A stretch of DNA of 63,195 nucleotides, the filler included, from Trichomonas gallinae (Eukaryota): the NCBI GenBank assembly GCA_008369845.1. It is 7 parts of 7 records of this genome, joined end to end, with 100 filler letters (N's around TTAATTAATTAA, not from the genome) between each part and the next. Parts side by side here need not be neighbours in the genome. Positions count along the whole stretch, not along the records: positions 27,910 to 39,277 come from MRSU01000997.1; positions 39,378 to 55,095 come from MRSU01001006.1; 5 more parts are not named here. One strand, 5' to 3'. Shown here in pieces: positions 33,405 through 45,673 of the stretch (position 1 is its first letter; each line of letters starts with the position of its first letter). The translations under genes were made by a program, and so were the position numbers. The notes beneath the pieces are model-generated. The model did not search any database, was not told where the DNA came from, and saw nothing but the letters and a program-made list of their open reading frames with translations.

Positions 33405-34310
33405 AACAAGCTGCCCAAACATCTGATTAATGAACTAAAAGAAGTTGAAAGTCTTTCCTAGTGTCTTCTTACACGCCCATAAAAATAATAATTCCACAAT
33501 CAGTTGTAACTATTGGAAATAATGCATGTGAATCATGGAATTCACTTCAATTGTTATACCATCCAGCGTAAAAGTGAATATGCATTTAAATCATGTTCAA
33601 ATCTTGAATCAATCAAATTACCGAATGATTTATCAATAATGAATCAGTATTTATTTATGTATTGCATATTATTAAAAACATTCACTTTTCCTAAGAATTT
33701 GACATTCATGGGCAATGCAATATTTTACGGTTGTTCTTCTCTCGACAATTTTGAATTTCCTCCTTTATCTACAATTCCAGACTTCACAATGAATGCAACA
33801 ACTTGAAAAATATATCTATTCCCAACAATATTACAACATTTGGACAATTATGTTTCTATGGATGCATCAGTCTGAAAAAACAGCGAATTTCCAAACAATC
33901 TGAATAGTATCGGTGACTCAGCATTCTCCAAGGCCTCAAAATTATCTTTGTTTTCACTCCCTGATTCGTCTTCATTGGTAATTCAGCATTTTCGAATTGT
34001 ATCTCAATCACAAGCTCGTACAATTGTACAATTCCTCCACTCATCGAGTCGATCTCAACATCTCTGTTCGAAGGATGCAAGAATTTATTCTTTGTTATTT
34101 CAATAATTTCAAAACTAGGCATTTTTTTCATGTGGCTTTGTTGATCTCAAGATTAATAGTCCAGTTTCATCCATCATACATTTCAATCATGTGTCTCAAA
34201 TCCATTGTGAGCAGCTTCGCAGATATCTTCATTGTCCCTCCATAGATGAACACAATATATTCCAATGTCAGCATCGCATATAACATCATCAACGAGTGTG
34301 AGTTCTCAGG
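33405..34310 (+). pseudogene. BspA-like (TpLRR) surface protein pseudogene
   Basis: TpLRR repeats spread across several frames with stops and frameshifts: IIIPQSVVTIGNNA; AFKSCSNLESIKLPNDL; IFYGCSSL; ISIPNNITTFGQLCFYGCISL; FIGNSAFSNC; SLFEGCKNL. Boundaries are approximate. Confidence 0.85.
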
Positions 34311-34820
34311 TCTTCCAGTTATTCAATTTCGTGTATGTAATGTCAAAGCAGAAGACTAATGCGATGACAATTATTTCGGCGAGAGCAACTACTTACTTCT
34401 TTCACTTCCTATATTCTTTGCAGATGGCTAAAAAAGGAACTCAATAAAATAAGTTATGTACCTATATTATGAATATCTAAATGTTTTTACTAGCATTTGG
34501 GATAGTATGATTGATAATAAGATATGGAAATCATACAAGTCCAAATCAATATTAGACATACATCAAAAGTCGTGAATATATCCATAGATGGTTCAAAAAA
34601 AAGTGGTGGTCGAGCACCTTATATATTAGCTTCAGAAAATGTAGTCTTTGCAAAAATCAAAATATACTAATTATATTATTAATATCCACTAACTGGAATA
34701 GCAAAAAAAAAATATCTTCCGAATTTGCATCGCTATTAGTAACTATTTATTATAACAAAGTTTTAAATTTAAGGTTATTAATAAGGTTAAAATAATAACG
34801 TAACTAAAGAATATTAAAAC

Positions 34821-35729
34821 ATGGAGAAGTCTCAGACTCGAGAACCTCGTTCGTGGGCTGAACTTCTCAAACAAAAAGAGGCCTCAAGGAATATGCCACC
34901 CAGTAAAGAGTATTATGTAAAGCCAGAAATCGTTCATCACAATGATGCCGGAATTTTTGGAAAAAATGCCGAGCACAATGATGATTTCGATAAGTCATAT
35001 GTACCAGTAGATCCATCATTTTACGATAGTAGCACTCTATTTACTCCTCTTCCTCCCAGAGAAAAGAGAGAATATCCAAAACGTGATCATGGATTGGATT
35101 TGATATCATGGGATGTGCAAGAGCCAGAAGGAACTGCAACAAATCCAAGAGTCAAGCGTTTAGACTTATCAAAAGTAAATAAAGAAGATATAATTACACA
35201 TGCGCCAAAAAGCCCGTCATTCAAGTTTAATATTGCACAGCTTATCGAGCAAAGAGAAATAGCCAAGCAAATACAATCAGCGAGATCAATAAATCCAATA
35301 ACGAATACTTTTCCAACTGAAGTAGCAGAAACAGCGAGATTACTTAGAGAAGAGCAAACTATTAAGCTTAGAAATGATTTACGCAAAAGCAGGCTCCCTA
35401 AATGCGAACTTCGCTCACAAGATAATCTCGTCAACATTATAACTTGCGAAGTTAAAGACGAAGATGCTGCAAAAGAGGCATACAAAGACTCAGTACCGAA
35501 AGAGCACGGAATCTCGCATGGATACGTTGAAGCAGAGATGAAATATAGAAGGGAGAGAGAGCAAATCAACGAACTTCTTCGCTTCGAGAAAAAGAGGAAC
35601 TCACCTGCTGTCAGAAAGTTTGTCAGAGAGTGGAATCCTATACTAGGCAACGAGCCTGAAAAGAAGACAAACGAAACAATCCAATCATTGCCTAGCATTC
35701 GCAAATGGCTCAAAGCTTCACCAGTTTGA
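34821..35729 (+). CDS. Hypothetical 302-aa charged protein with repeated (D/N)-(I/P/L)-I-(T/S/L) motifs
   Basis: Long ATG ORF with motifs LDLISW, EDIITH, INPITN, VNIITC and WNPILG. Confidence 0.75.
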   Translation: MEKSQTREPRSWAELLKQKEASRNMPPSKEYYVKPEIVHHNDAGIFGKNAEHNDDFDKSYVPVDPSFYDSSTLFTPLPPREKREYPKRDHGLDLISWDVQEPEGTATNPRVKRLDLSKVNKEDIITHAPKSPSFKFNIAQLIEQREIAKQIQSARSINPITNTFPTEVAETARLLREEQTIKLRNDLRKSRLPKCELRSQDNLVNIITCEVKDEDAAKEAYKDSVPKEHGISHGYVEAEMKYRREREQINELLRFEKKRNSPAVRKFVREWNPILGNEPEKKTNETIQSLPSIRKWLKASPV

Positions 35730-36076
35730 AAATAATATATATTTTTTGCAAATCTATACCATCTGCATTGGTTTAAGATTTAGTCCACTTTATTCGTTCG
35801 CAAATCATCGAAAATTCCATATTATAGGATATCTTATTTATGAAATTAATATTTTTATTCGGAACATTAGTTTAATTAATCATTTTTAAAGAATTTGTTT
35901 AAATTAGCAAAGGAAAAAAAAAAATATTATTTGCTATAACAGAGCCATGTTATATTTTTGCATTAGCATCTATGAATTTGCATCTTTAAATGATGCTGCA
36001 GAAAACGTTCTTATGTAATTTAATATGATTGATATATTACTAGAAAAAAGTTTAGAAATTGTTACAAAAAAACATT

Positions 36077-38773
36077 TTATTCCTTTTTATGAACATCAAT
36101 AACTTTTTGCAATGCAACTAAAACTCTCTTTGCTTTATCTCTGAGAGTCTCATCATTCACCAAGCACTTCTCCGTGCACTCATACAGCAGCTTCATATCA
36201 ATGATCATCGCCGCCAAGTTCCTGTAGTAGCAGGCGCCGAGCCTCTCTCTGAAGAAGTCTATCGACATCGGCTGTGGCAACTCGAGGAACTCTGCGTTCT
36301 GTGATGCTCTTGCGAAAGCCTGGAATGACTCTTCACCCGAAACAGCTTCAATATTCGCAAGTAAGCTGAGCTGCTTCGACTTGCAGGCTTCCGAAGAGTC
36401 TGGGAACTGAATTAGTCTTCCTTCGAGCATCAGTATCTCCCATGGCGACACTTTGACCTGTCTCCCGTCAGTGAGAGTGACATCAATACTCTTGTATGGG
36501 TTCTCGCGCACGATGTTGTCGATTGTGCCTTCAACAACTTCGAAGTCGAACCAGTCTTTGTGCAAGAAAAGCGTGACTTTTTGGTCCTTTGCAAGAGAAC
36601 CGCTGAATTCTGTTGTCGCGTATCTGTATTTAGGAAGCGGAACAAGTGATGGCGGGTTTGGATACTTAGTGACATACTCTAGCTTGTATTCTTTGTTGGA
36701 TGGGAAAGAAAGGGTGACTTTAACAGTGTCCTTTTCTTCAGTGACTTCCATCTGTGTGATGAATGCGCGGATTGACTCATTCATTATCGTCTCGCCTTCG
36801 AAGGCCTCCCTGATGAACATGACTTCATCCATCGAGTGTGGAACGTACACGTGGTCATCCGTGAGCACGCATGTGGACCACTTCGGCCATTCCTTTCCTT
36901 GCGGAAGTGTTCTCGAAAACTGTGGCTCGACATATACAAATTTTTCGTTCTGTTCGTCTTTGTTTTGCGGGTCAAATATCCATTCCTCTGTGTCGCTAGT
37001 TATGTCGACCTTAACAGCCGCGTTGTCGTCGTCTCCATCTATGTCGGCTGATGGAGCTGGCGGAGGGACAGGAAGAGGACCGCATGGATTGAATGGCAGC
37101 TCGATACTAGACCGAATGTGCTGAGGTGGAGCTGCGACAGCAGAAGGTGCATCAGTGACAGGTGCAGGAACTCTCTCGCCCGAAACTATTCTCTGGACGA
37201 TGTGCAGCTCGGCCGCGCATGCCTGTACTACTGGCCCTTGCAGCATTTGGAGCTGTAAGTCCATGTTTCTTATGTCGAGATAATCTGGCTGTTTTTGAAG
37301 AACGACACCAGAGCGATCTGTGAACACTCTAGTGCCGTCCCTGTTGGCGTCGAGCGATTCGTAGCAGTCTCGCTCGATGTCTCTGTCTGGAAGACCAACA
37401 CCGTTGATCGTGAAAGTTGTTACTGAGCCCATTACGTCTGTTGCGAAGATCCAGCGGCCATCGTAGCTCCAGCATGCATCGATGAAGCTGTGGTCTGTCG
37501 GCAGAGACGTCTGGCAGACGATTCTGCACGTGTAAGTGTTAATCACGGCGACTTCACCTGTTCTGTTTGCGATAAAGATGATGCATGGGATTGTTGGGTG
37601 TGGAGATATCGCTGAGCATTCGCGTGCTGCTGCGCAATCCATGATATCGCCAAGCATTTCACCTGTCATCAGATGATAAATGTAAACACCTGTTGTTCTT
37701 GCGATTATCAAAAGGTTTTCGTCACAGTTGACAGCTGTGCATGTGATTTTTGAGGCTCTGCGGCCGATTGTACCGACATTTTTGAATGCGTGCTGTTTCT
37801 TCCACTGAAGATTCTCAAGAAGCCATGAATTGCAGCCGCCATCTTCATTGCTGACTGTTATAAGGCGTGGTCCGAGCTCTCCGTGGTTAGAATACAAGTG
37901 ATTTGAAAATCCAACGAAATCACATACGGAAGCATGGTCTGGTGGTAAAATAATTTCATTGAGGGTCTTCAAAGGAACGATAGTAACGACATTTGGCTCG
38001 CTGCTGAAAACAATAAATTCACCGCCTGGCGAAAACGAAATCCAGCGCACTGCTCCTTTGCCTCTCGACTTGAATACATACGCAGATGGTTTTCCTTGAA
38101 TCGCATCTTGGGTTGTCCATAAGTGAACTGTTCCATCTTCGCATCCAGCGGCAATCATTGAGCCTACTGGGCTGAAACAGCAATAATGGATGACATCTGT
38201 TGTAAATCCACCCAAAACTGCGATGCAACGGCCTGTTTTCAGGGACCAAATGCGTAATGTTTTATCTTGAGAGCTAGAAACAAGCATTGTCGATAATGGA
38301 TTTATATTTATATTTGTAATGACATTTTCGTGGCCTTTGAAGACTTGTATTGGTCTTAAATCAGGCAGAGACCAGACTTTAATCAATTTATCATCTGATC
38401 CTGTGCATAGTATTCGAGATGCTGGATCTGTGCACATACAATATATAGCATCGAGATGCATGAATGTTCGAGAGTATGGTTTTATATCGTGAATGTTAAT
38501 TGTTTCAACTTTTTTTTGAAATGGCGTTATTCTTCTGAAAATACTCGGAAAATCATCATCAGGGCGCAGCGACTGAATAAATGCTACAAACTGATCTTCG
38601 GCAAATGAAGAATATCGAGTATTTAAAGCTTCTTCGATGCTCGAGCATCCAATCGGTAGCAAATCGTTCTTTGTGCAGTAGTCGCATATTTTCTGATATA
38701 TTTCCGGCATTTTTGTCCTCAGGTGGTGACACAGAAGTATGCACAATTCCCTCCTGAGGGTTTTCTCCTCCAT
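36077..38773 (-). CDS. WD40- and bromodomain-containing protein (BRWD/PHIP family)
   Basis: HLDAIYC...TGSDDKLIKVWS WD repeats. YVPHSMDEVMFIRE and VSPWEI match the cryptic Tudor region. C-terminal PMSIDFFRERL...YYR is bromodomain-like. Confidence 0.85.
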   Translation of the reverse strand: MEEKTLRRELCILLCHHLRTKMPEIYQKICDYCTKNDLLPIGCSSIEEALNTRYSSFAEDQFVAFIQSLRPDDDFPSIFRRITPFQKKVETINIHDIKPYSRTFMHLDAIYCMCTDPASRILCTGSDDKLIKVWSLPDLRPIQVFKGHENVITNININPLSTMLVSSSQDKTLRIWSLKTGRCIAVLGGFTTDVIHYCCFSPVGSMIAAGCEDGTVHLWTTQDAIQGKPSAYVFKSRGKGAVRWISFSPGGEFIVFSSEPNVVTIVPLKTLNEIILPPDHASVCDFVGFSNHLYSNHGELGPRLITVSNEDGGCNSWLLENLQWKKQHAFKNVGTIGRRASKITCTAVNCDENLLIIARTTGVYIYHLMTGEMLGDIMDCAAARECSAISPHPTIPCIIFIANRTGEVAVINTYTCRIVCQTSLPTDHSFIDACWSYDGRWIFATDVMGSVTTFTINGVGLPDRDIERDCYESLDANRDGTRVFTDRSGVVLQKQPDYLDIRNMDLQLQMLQGPVVQACAAELHIVQRIVSGERVPAPVTDAPSAVAAPPQHIRSSIELPFNPCGPLPVPPPAPSADIDGDDDNAAVKVDITSDTEEWIFDPQNKDEQNEKFVYVEPQFSRTLPQGKEWPKWSTCVLTDDHVYVPHSMDEVMFIREAFEGETIMNESIRAFITQMEVTEEKDTVKVTLSFPSNKEYKLEYVTKYPNPPSLVPLPKYRYATTEFSGSLAKDQKVTLFLHKDWFDFEVVEGTIDNIVRENPYKSIDVTLTDGRQVKVSPWEILMLEGRLIQFPDSSEACKSKQLSLLANIEAVSGEESFQAFARASQNAEFLELPQPMSIDFFRERLGACYYRNLAAMIIDMKLLYECTEKCLVNDETLRDKAKRVLVALQKVIDVHKKE

Positions 38774-38843
38774 TTTTTACAAAATTTTAGGAGGCGCCAA
38801 AACTGTTTTTGCCTCTAAACATCATATCACTGTCCTTTTAATG

Positions 38844-39082
38844 ATAAAATGCACATATTTCACCAAAATAACCGCTTTTATGCAATATTTGATTTTAATT
38901 AAGATTTTTATAAATTATTTTCTTAAATAAATTCGAAAATATTAGACTACTTCAGAAAGCAATTTCAATCTCATTATAATATATAATTAAAATGATTTAG
39001 CTACTAGATATCATAATACTGTTTATTGAGTCATAAAATGCATATATTTCATCAAAATAACCACGTTTATGCAATATTTGAT
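38844..39082. repeat. ~50-bp direct repeat pair upstream of BRWD
   Basis: ATAAAATGCA.ATATTTCA.CAAAATAACC...TTTATGCAATATTTGAT at 38844-38893 and 39033-39082. Confidence 0.8.
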
Positions 39083-39277
39083 ATTCTTTAAAAAATATTT
39101 CATCTTTTTCTAGGTATGGAAACTTCGAAGAGCTCTAGGAAATTGCCCTAAACTTTGCAGGTATTATATAGACACCTTAAAGATACTATATGTATGTTAT
39201 CTAAGGATTTAAACAATTACAAGTCGAGTTTGAATTTTCCCTAAATTATTTTTCAAATTTTCATAATAAAAAATAAA

Positions 39278-39377
39278 NNNNNNNNNNNNNNNNNNNNNNN
39301 NNNNNNNNNNNNNNNNNNNNNTTAATTAATTAANNNNNNNNNNNNNNNNNNNNNNNNNNNNNNNNNNNNNNNNNNNN
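39278..39377. other. Artificial scaffold linker
   Basis: 44N-TTAATTAATTAA-44N. Confidence 0.98.
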
Positions 39378-41723
39378 TTTTCTGGGCAAAACGATAATTT
39401 TCAATACCGCATTGAAAAATTGAGACCGCTATTTGGTCGCGGAGCGGACCCTTAAATTTAATAAATAGCATATAGTATTATATTAATGGAAAAATCACTT
39501 TTGACAAAATTAGTTTACTTTGACATGTAAACATACTTGTTTCTCGAGTGGCAATATTTAATTGTCTGCCATTTTTAGATGACATATGTAATCCAATAGC
39601 ATAACAATATTAAAACATTAACTTATTCGATTCAAATTACAATTTTTCATGTTTCTTACCAATTATTTAAGAAAAACTATGCACATTTGCCTTGTTTTTA
39701 TCCATGTATTATTCATTATGATGATGTATAGGACAAGGAATATCCAATTGTTACTTTTTAAATCTTGATTTAGAACATTCGAAAAAAAAAAAGATATGGC
39801 ATTGTTGATCTAGAAGACTTAGCAATAGTCTAATAATAATGCATTGTATTGAGCGAAGTTATAACAAAGGCTAATCTAGGAAACAATCAATTTTCAATCT
39901 TTTGATTTGGTATTTCATGGCGAAAATCGATCAAATATTGATGTACTTCAGATTAAATATGCTTCTATTAGAATCATACAATGATCAGATTTCGAATGTT
40001 CTAAAAAAGCCAATATTATGATTATTTGCTGATATATAATCTATATCTATGTCATTAAAAGCTAATTTATGAATTAAAAAGCATCATAAGCCCATCATTT
40101 CTTGTTTGAATTATTAAAATTAAAATTTGCTAAATATGACGTAATAAATTATTCTAGAATATGCAGATCATTGTTACGTCAATAAAAATTATAGAAATCA
40201 AATACTGAGTGAGATTTTCAACTTTGAAAAATTCTGAGCACCTATAATTTCTGAGCTCTCAATTTTTATCAGTAAAAGCTCAGAAATAAAATTAAAAATG
40301 AAGTGATGTCTTATAGTCATATTTAATGTTTTCTATCACTGCACAACAATTTGCTTTTTGTTATACTGATATTTTTGAATTAAATTCAAATCAACTAAAA
40401 TTACCTCATGAATCCTTCAAAGCACTCTCAGATATAGTCATTCGACCAAAATTATATAAGCTCTCAATTACTCTAAAATCTTGTAACTTTATGAGGTGGC
40501 TCTCAATTGGATTTCTGTACAAGTATTCAATGTTGAAATCATTGATTATGGTTTTCTACTAATATGAAAAATAATGTCTTAATAACCCTCTTCATTTTAA
40601 CATCGTTCGTTCTGAATATTATATTTCCTTTCAATATTTCATTAATTTTTTTCTGTTTCTTCTGATTTAGATGGAGAACTAGAAATCAAATTAAATTGAT
40701 GGCTATAATAACCACTTACATATTACCAACGTACGAGCTACGGTATTCTTTTTGAAACAAATCTGAATATCGAAATATAAAATAATTAATATATCGAATA
40801 AATAGGAATAAAAACGATGATGAGCTACATTTTCATAACTGAATATTGCAACAGATATATCTGCAACTACTTGATATTATAATTTTTTTGGAATCTGATA
40901 CAAAAATATGCATATAAGCAATAAAAGTTCATGGAAATCCATTAACGATATACTACATCACATCATATATGATGTTACATTCGATAATTACCAATTTTTA
41001 ATTAGAAGTTTCTTATCATACGAATCTGTAAGATGTTGTTAGTCCAATCTGAACAAAGAATGCTTATATTAATCGGATAATTAATAATTATCCTCATTAT
41101 ATGAGGAAATATAGGCGATATTATTGATTTTGAAGATGTTAGAACGAAGAACCGAAGCGTAATTGTGTAAAATAATTAATGGAATAAAGATCTAAGTATA
41201 ATCAAGACCTATATTTGTATTAATGCGAATGAAAATATAACATCTAGCACGGTATATTGTGTTCATCTATGATTTGCATGGAAATAATTGGATGTGAGCT
41301 GCAAGAATCTTTTGAACAGCTTATCAGGCGTTAAAACCTCGAATCTCTTTGTTCCTTTCCATTTGCAAATGATGATATTTACAATCTGACATAATTTCTG
41401 ACACTTTATATAATTTTCTTTTGATATTAAGATTTATTGCATATATGAAACCGAAATAATAAATTAAATTATATCTGACATTTTATAAAATTGTCAAAAA
41501 TTTTCTTATTATTTCATTGCTGCGTATATTAATTCACGTTATGCCCATGAAAAGAATTCTTCAAGAGAAAAGATTGAAAATCCAGACAATAATCAATTTT
41601 TCATCAAACTTCGCTTTGTAGATCAATAATATAAACAATCTGTGTTTAATTTAGTATACAAACAATAATATCTTTATATTTTTATCATACAAAACAATTT
41701 TCATGGAAAATATTATGATTCAA

Positions 41724-42239
41724 TCAATTAGAGTAAGTTTTTTGATGTATTATAACTGGGTTAGCAATAAGCTTTCCATCCTGTGGCGCCATGAATGGAA
41801 AACTACCATTTTCATCACAATGAATCGAAATCCTCACTTTCACGTTATAATACTTGTTGTTTGGTGTCTGCAAATAGTAATCTTGTGCCACCACTTTGTT
41901 CTTTTCGAAGCCCGAGAGTTTCAGTTCGACTTCTCCTATTTCTTCGTTGCCTCCAAAAATCCTTTTCTTGAAAAGTGCAAAAACGAAAGATGATTTGTTG
42001 GCGTTGTTGTATTTGTAATCCCAGGACATTACCGGGATGTGTTTTGGCGTGAACTCTTTCTGATGTAACATAAAACTAGTCCTTGGCCCGACCATTACGA
42101 GTAATTTTGTATCAGATTTCACAGGAAAGCTTCCTGTTTCAATAGAATCAATGCGAATGTAGGCCCTATGGCCGTCATTCATCGGATTGTTGTCTATATT
42201 AAAGTACCCATTATTGTTCAGCAACTTCTTGTTGAACAT
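41724..42239 (-). CDS. Small C2-domain-like protein (paralog A)
   Basis: SSFVFALFKKRIFGGNEEIGEVELKL...VKVRISIH has a C2-type strand pattern. First ATG is at 42239. Confidence 0.75.
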   Translation of the reverse strand: MFNKKLLNNNGYFNIDNNPMNDGHRAYIRIDSIETGSFPVKSDTKLLVMVGPRTSFMLHQKEFTPKHIPVMSWDYKYNNANKSSFVFALFKKRIFGGNEEIGEVELKLSGFEKNKVVAQDYYLQTPNNKYYNVKVRISIHCDENGSFPFMAPQDGKLIANPVIIHQKTYSN

Positions 42240-43256
42240 TTTGGAACTTTTGAGCAAATTATTTTTATTTTGGAAGTTTTGTGAGGACGCGCGGTCTATG
42301 ATTTTGGACTAAAAATATACATTCATAAATACAAGCTGTTTTTATACTGTGATTTGCAAACCGAAATTTCGTTAGTGAATCACGAAATTTTGTGAGATAT
42401 CATAGTCTCTCAAATAATTTCGTATTCTGCATTTTCATCCTTAAATAAATCTATTTATATGATCAATTTTCCGATAAAATTAGTATCGTTTTGAAAATTG
42501 GTTCAGATTATGAAAGTATGAACTTTAAATCGAAATCCAGCGGCCATTATGTGAATAGTCCATTCCTATCCTTCATTTAGCAGATGATTCACTGCAAAAT
42601 TTGGAATTTTATTTCGAGAATCGCATCAGCCTACGAAATAAATCGATTTTAACTAGTAATATGCATTAAGTATGACTTAACAATAATGGGGCTGGTTGTT
42701 CGTCCCAGTAATTTATGTTTTTTAGAAAACCCCTTTTAATCGAATCATTAAAACTCGATTTTTATATGATGGCATTATTTTATTGTCGGTTAATTGATTA
42801 ATTTCATGTTTAAATGGTGTGAATCCCATGATAAAATTAAAATGAACTTTTCAGAGGAGTTGATATCAAGATTGTTAAAAATGTTATCAAAAGTAATATC
42901 TCCCAACTCTGGGGCATTGACTAATTAATAATCGCTCATCATTATTTCAACATGAAGCTGGAAAATTGTAAACTTAACAAACGAGGGCTTGTTTTTCATT
43001 CAAAAATGAGATACCATTGAAAATTGATTTATTATTTCTCATAATAATGATATATAGCTAAATCCGGAACTAATCGTATAAAATATGACCTAAAATTCTC
43101 TGAAAAAATTAAAAAACGAATGTTTTTGATAGGAAATCTAATGATTGGATTGCAAATATCATCAATATATAAATTCAAGCAATATTTCAAGATAAATCAG
43201 TTTAATCGTCCTATTGAATTATTTTATAACTAAAAACCTCTTCATTTTTTTCGTTG

Positions 43257-43760
43257 ATGTTTGTCAACAATTCCAACAACAACTTCGCTCTCGACCAGAG
43301 GCCAATGAAGGAGGGCAACAAGGCCTTCATCAGGGTGGACCAGGTCAACACAGGATCCTATCCAATCAGGGGCAATACGACATTTGTATGCTGCGTCGGT
43401 CCAAGAAACTCTTTTAGAAACCATCCATCAGAGTTCGGCGTTGATGAAGCCCCACTTGATACATGGGACTTCGACTACAAGAACGCCAACAAGTCCTCTT
43501 TCGCCCTTGTTTTGTTCAGAAAGAAATTATTTGGTGGTGATGAAGAGATTGGAGAAGTCGAGCTTAAACTTTCTTCATTCCAGCCAAATACAGTTGTTAC
43601 AGAGAATATTAAGTTGCAGTCACCACGCAATAAATACTTTAATGTCAGCGTCAAGCTTTCAGTTCACATTTGTGACGATGGCAGCTTCCCATTTGATGCA
43701 CCAGCTGGAAAAATACTTGAAAACCCGGTTATCCCACATAGAACAACATACTATAACTGA
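43257..43760 (+). CDS. Small C2-domain-like protein (paralog B)
   Basis: Full-length similarity to paralog A (YKNANKSSF...FGGDEEIGEVELKLS...DGSFPF.AP). Inr TCATT at 43242, ATG at 43257. Confidence 0.8.
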   Translation: MFVNNSNNNFALDQRPMKEGNKAFIRVDQVNTGSYPIRGNTTFVCCVGPRNSFRNHPSEFGVDEAPLDTWDFDYKNANKSSFALVLFRKKLFGGDEEIGEVELKLSSFQPNTVVTENIKLQSPRNKYFNVSVKLSVHICDDGSFPFDAPAGKILENPVIPHRTTYYN

Positions 43761-45673
43761 AATTATTGTGATTTCCATGATTTGTTGATAAATATATATT
43801 ATATTCTATCTTTAATTAATCGATATTATTTATTAGCCAATAGTATCAGTGACGAAAAATAATCCACTGAAAATTTTATGAGTTTTCATTCGATAAAGAG
43901 TCCATTTCAAATTTATATTCAACAAAAAGTCGAAAAATTTATGAAGTAAAGCTTTTGCATCAAAATCTGTGAATATGATTTTAAAATATGAAAATCAATA
44001 CCAAGTGATGACTAATGATGTATTTTATTGTAATTATTTGCGATATTAGTGAACATACCACAATTATCAATGACAATGAATAATTATAATTGAGGATTTT
44101 TTTTTGAAATATAAAAATATATGATATATGGGCCAAAATTAGAATGTAGCATAGTTTATTGACAGTTGCTAATGCGTATATTGTTCACATATGCTATTTC
44201 AATGGATTTTTAAATGAAATTTGCAACTTTTTTATTAATGACTACATTAATGATCGGAGTCACTTCACATAAACGTTTATACTAATACTTATTACTGCCG
44301 AAGCTTGTTATAAATTGATCTCAGAAAAATTTCTATTCAAACCGAGAGTTTTAATATTTGGAAACCACACAAGATATAAATACTTTTGTTTCGATTATTG
44401 AAGCAAATATTAGACTCAAACAAAAAAATCAATACAAATGCGAATTATTAGAGTTTTCCTAGCCTCCGTAATGTATAGATTAAAATAACAAGTCCGTGAG
44501 GGAAAAACTAAATGAGCGTGGGCTCTCAATTTTTTATCGATTTGAAAAGCATACAGAATTTTTTATCATTAAACTGTCCAGGCATTTACATTTGAATACA
44601 CCTCAATCTCTTTAATGGATCACTCAAATAGCGACAAAAGGATACTTACCAACACAAGTTTTGTAAAAGATGAAGTTTTGAGTTGTAATCAAAATTCTGA
44701 GCATAAGAAACCCTTTTGCTCTGTTTATTTTCTTTGAAAAGTTCAATGCGTTTCAAAATTCAACTATCCCTACTTATCTTTGAAAGCTTTTTATAAACAG
44801 AACAGTGCTCAAGTTATTATTCACGAATTAGTGTTATTAGGAACATATTTAGGAGATAAATTTATCATCAATATAGTATTAATCGCGATATATTATCAAT
44901 TATTTATATTTCAATCGAAAAGCAGTAAGCATGAATGCAAATCAAGTAGATGCAATGCGCATACATCAGATATTACTCATTACGTTGATATATACCATTT
45001 TATTAAGATAAATCCAAATTGTTGCAAAATATAAATCTATGTACAGGCAAAGCTCCATTGATTTCCAATGATGGATATATATCATCATCAATAGCAATTT
45101 TCCATCAATCAATATCTTTAATAACAAATTCAACTAATTTTATATTAAATATACATTATATCCATTTCAGGATCACAAGACAAATCCAAATCATGCCAAT
45201 TGATAAATTAAATCAATATCATCCACTAGATTCAATATAACTCAAAAAAAAATTAATTTGATAGAAAAAATCTAACATCAGTCAATACTTTTGATATTAT
45301 TTACATCAATAATTGAATTCGATCAATCTAATATCCTCATGGAATGTGATTGGTCATTTCAATGTACATCAAAGTTTAATATTTTAAAATTCATATATAT
45401 TAATGATTAATGTATTAAATATCGTTTTATTTTAATAATTGTATCGATTTTTTTTATTTCGAAACAAATTCAGAAGCATTTTGATCAAAGAATCCACATA
45501 AAATAGGTGAATGTCCGTTTAAATTGCCAGGTTTTAGTAAGGATCAAGTTTGACATCAAAAAATTTGAATTGAATGCACCAAAAAAATTTGAGAAATTTA
45601 CTTAAAACAGAGTTGTCAAATTTTGTTTTTGAATTGACCTCATTGATTATATTTTTTTTATTTGTTAATTTAG

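Noticed and set aside
36453..37124. Long antisense ORFs (also 35087-35713, 14067-14555, 20791-21231, 50529-51020)
   Set aside because: They are shadows of well-supported genes on the other strand, with Ser/Leu/Phe-rich composition and no motifs.
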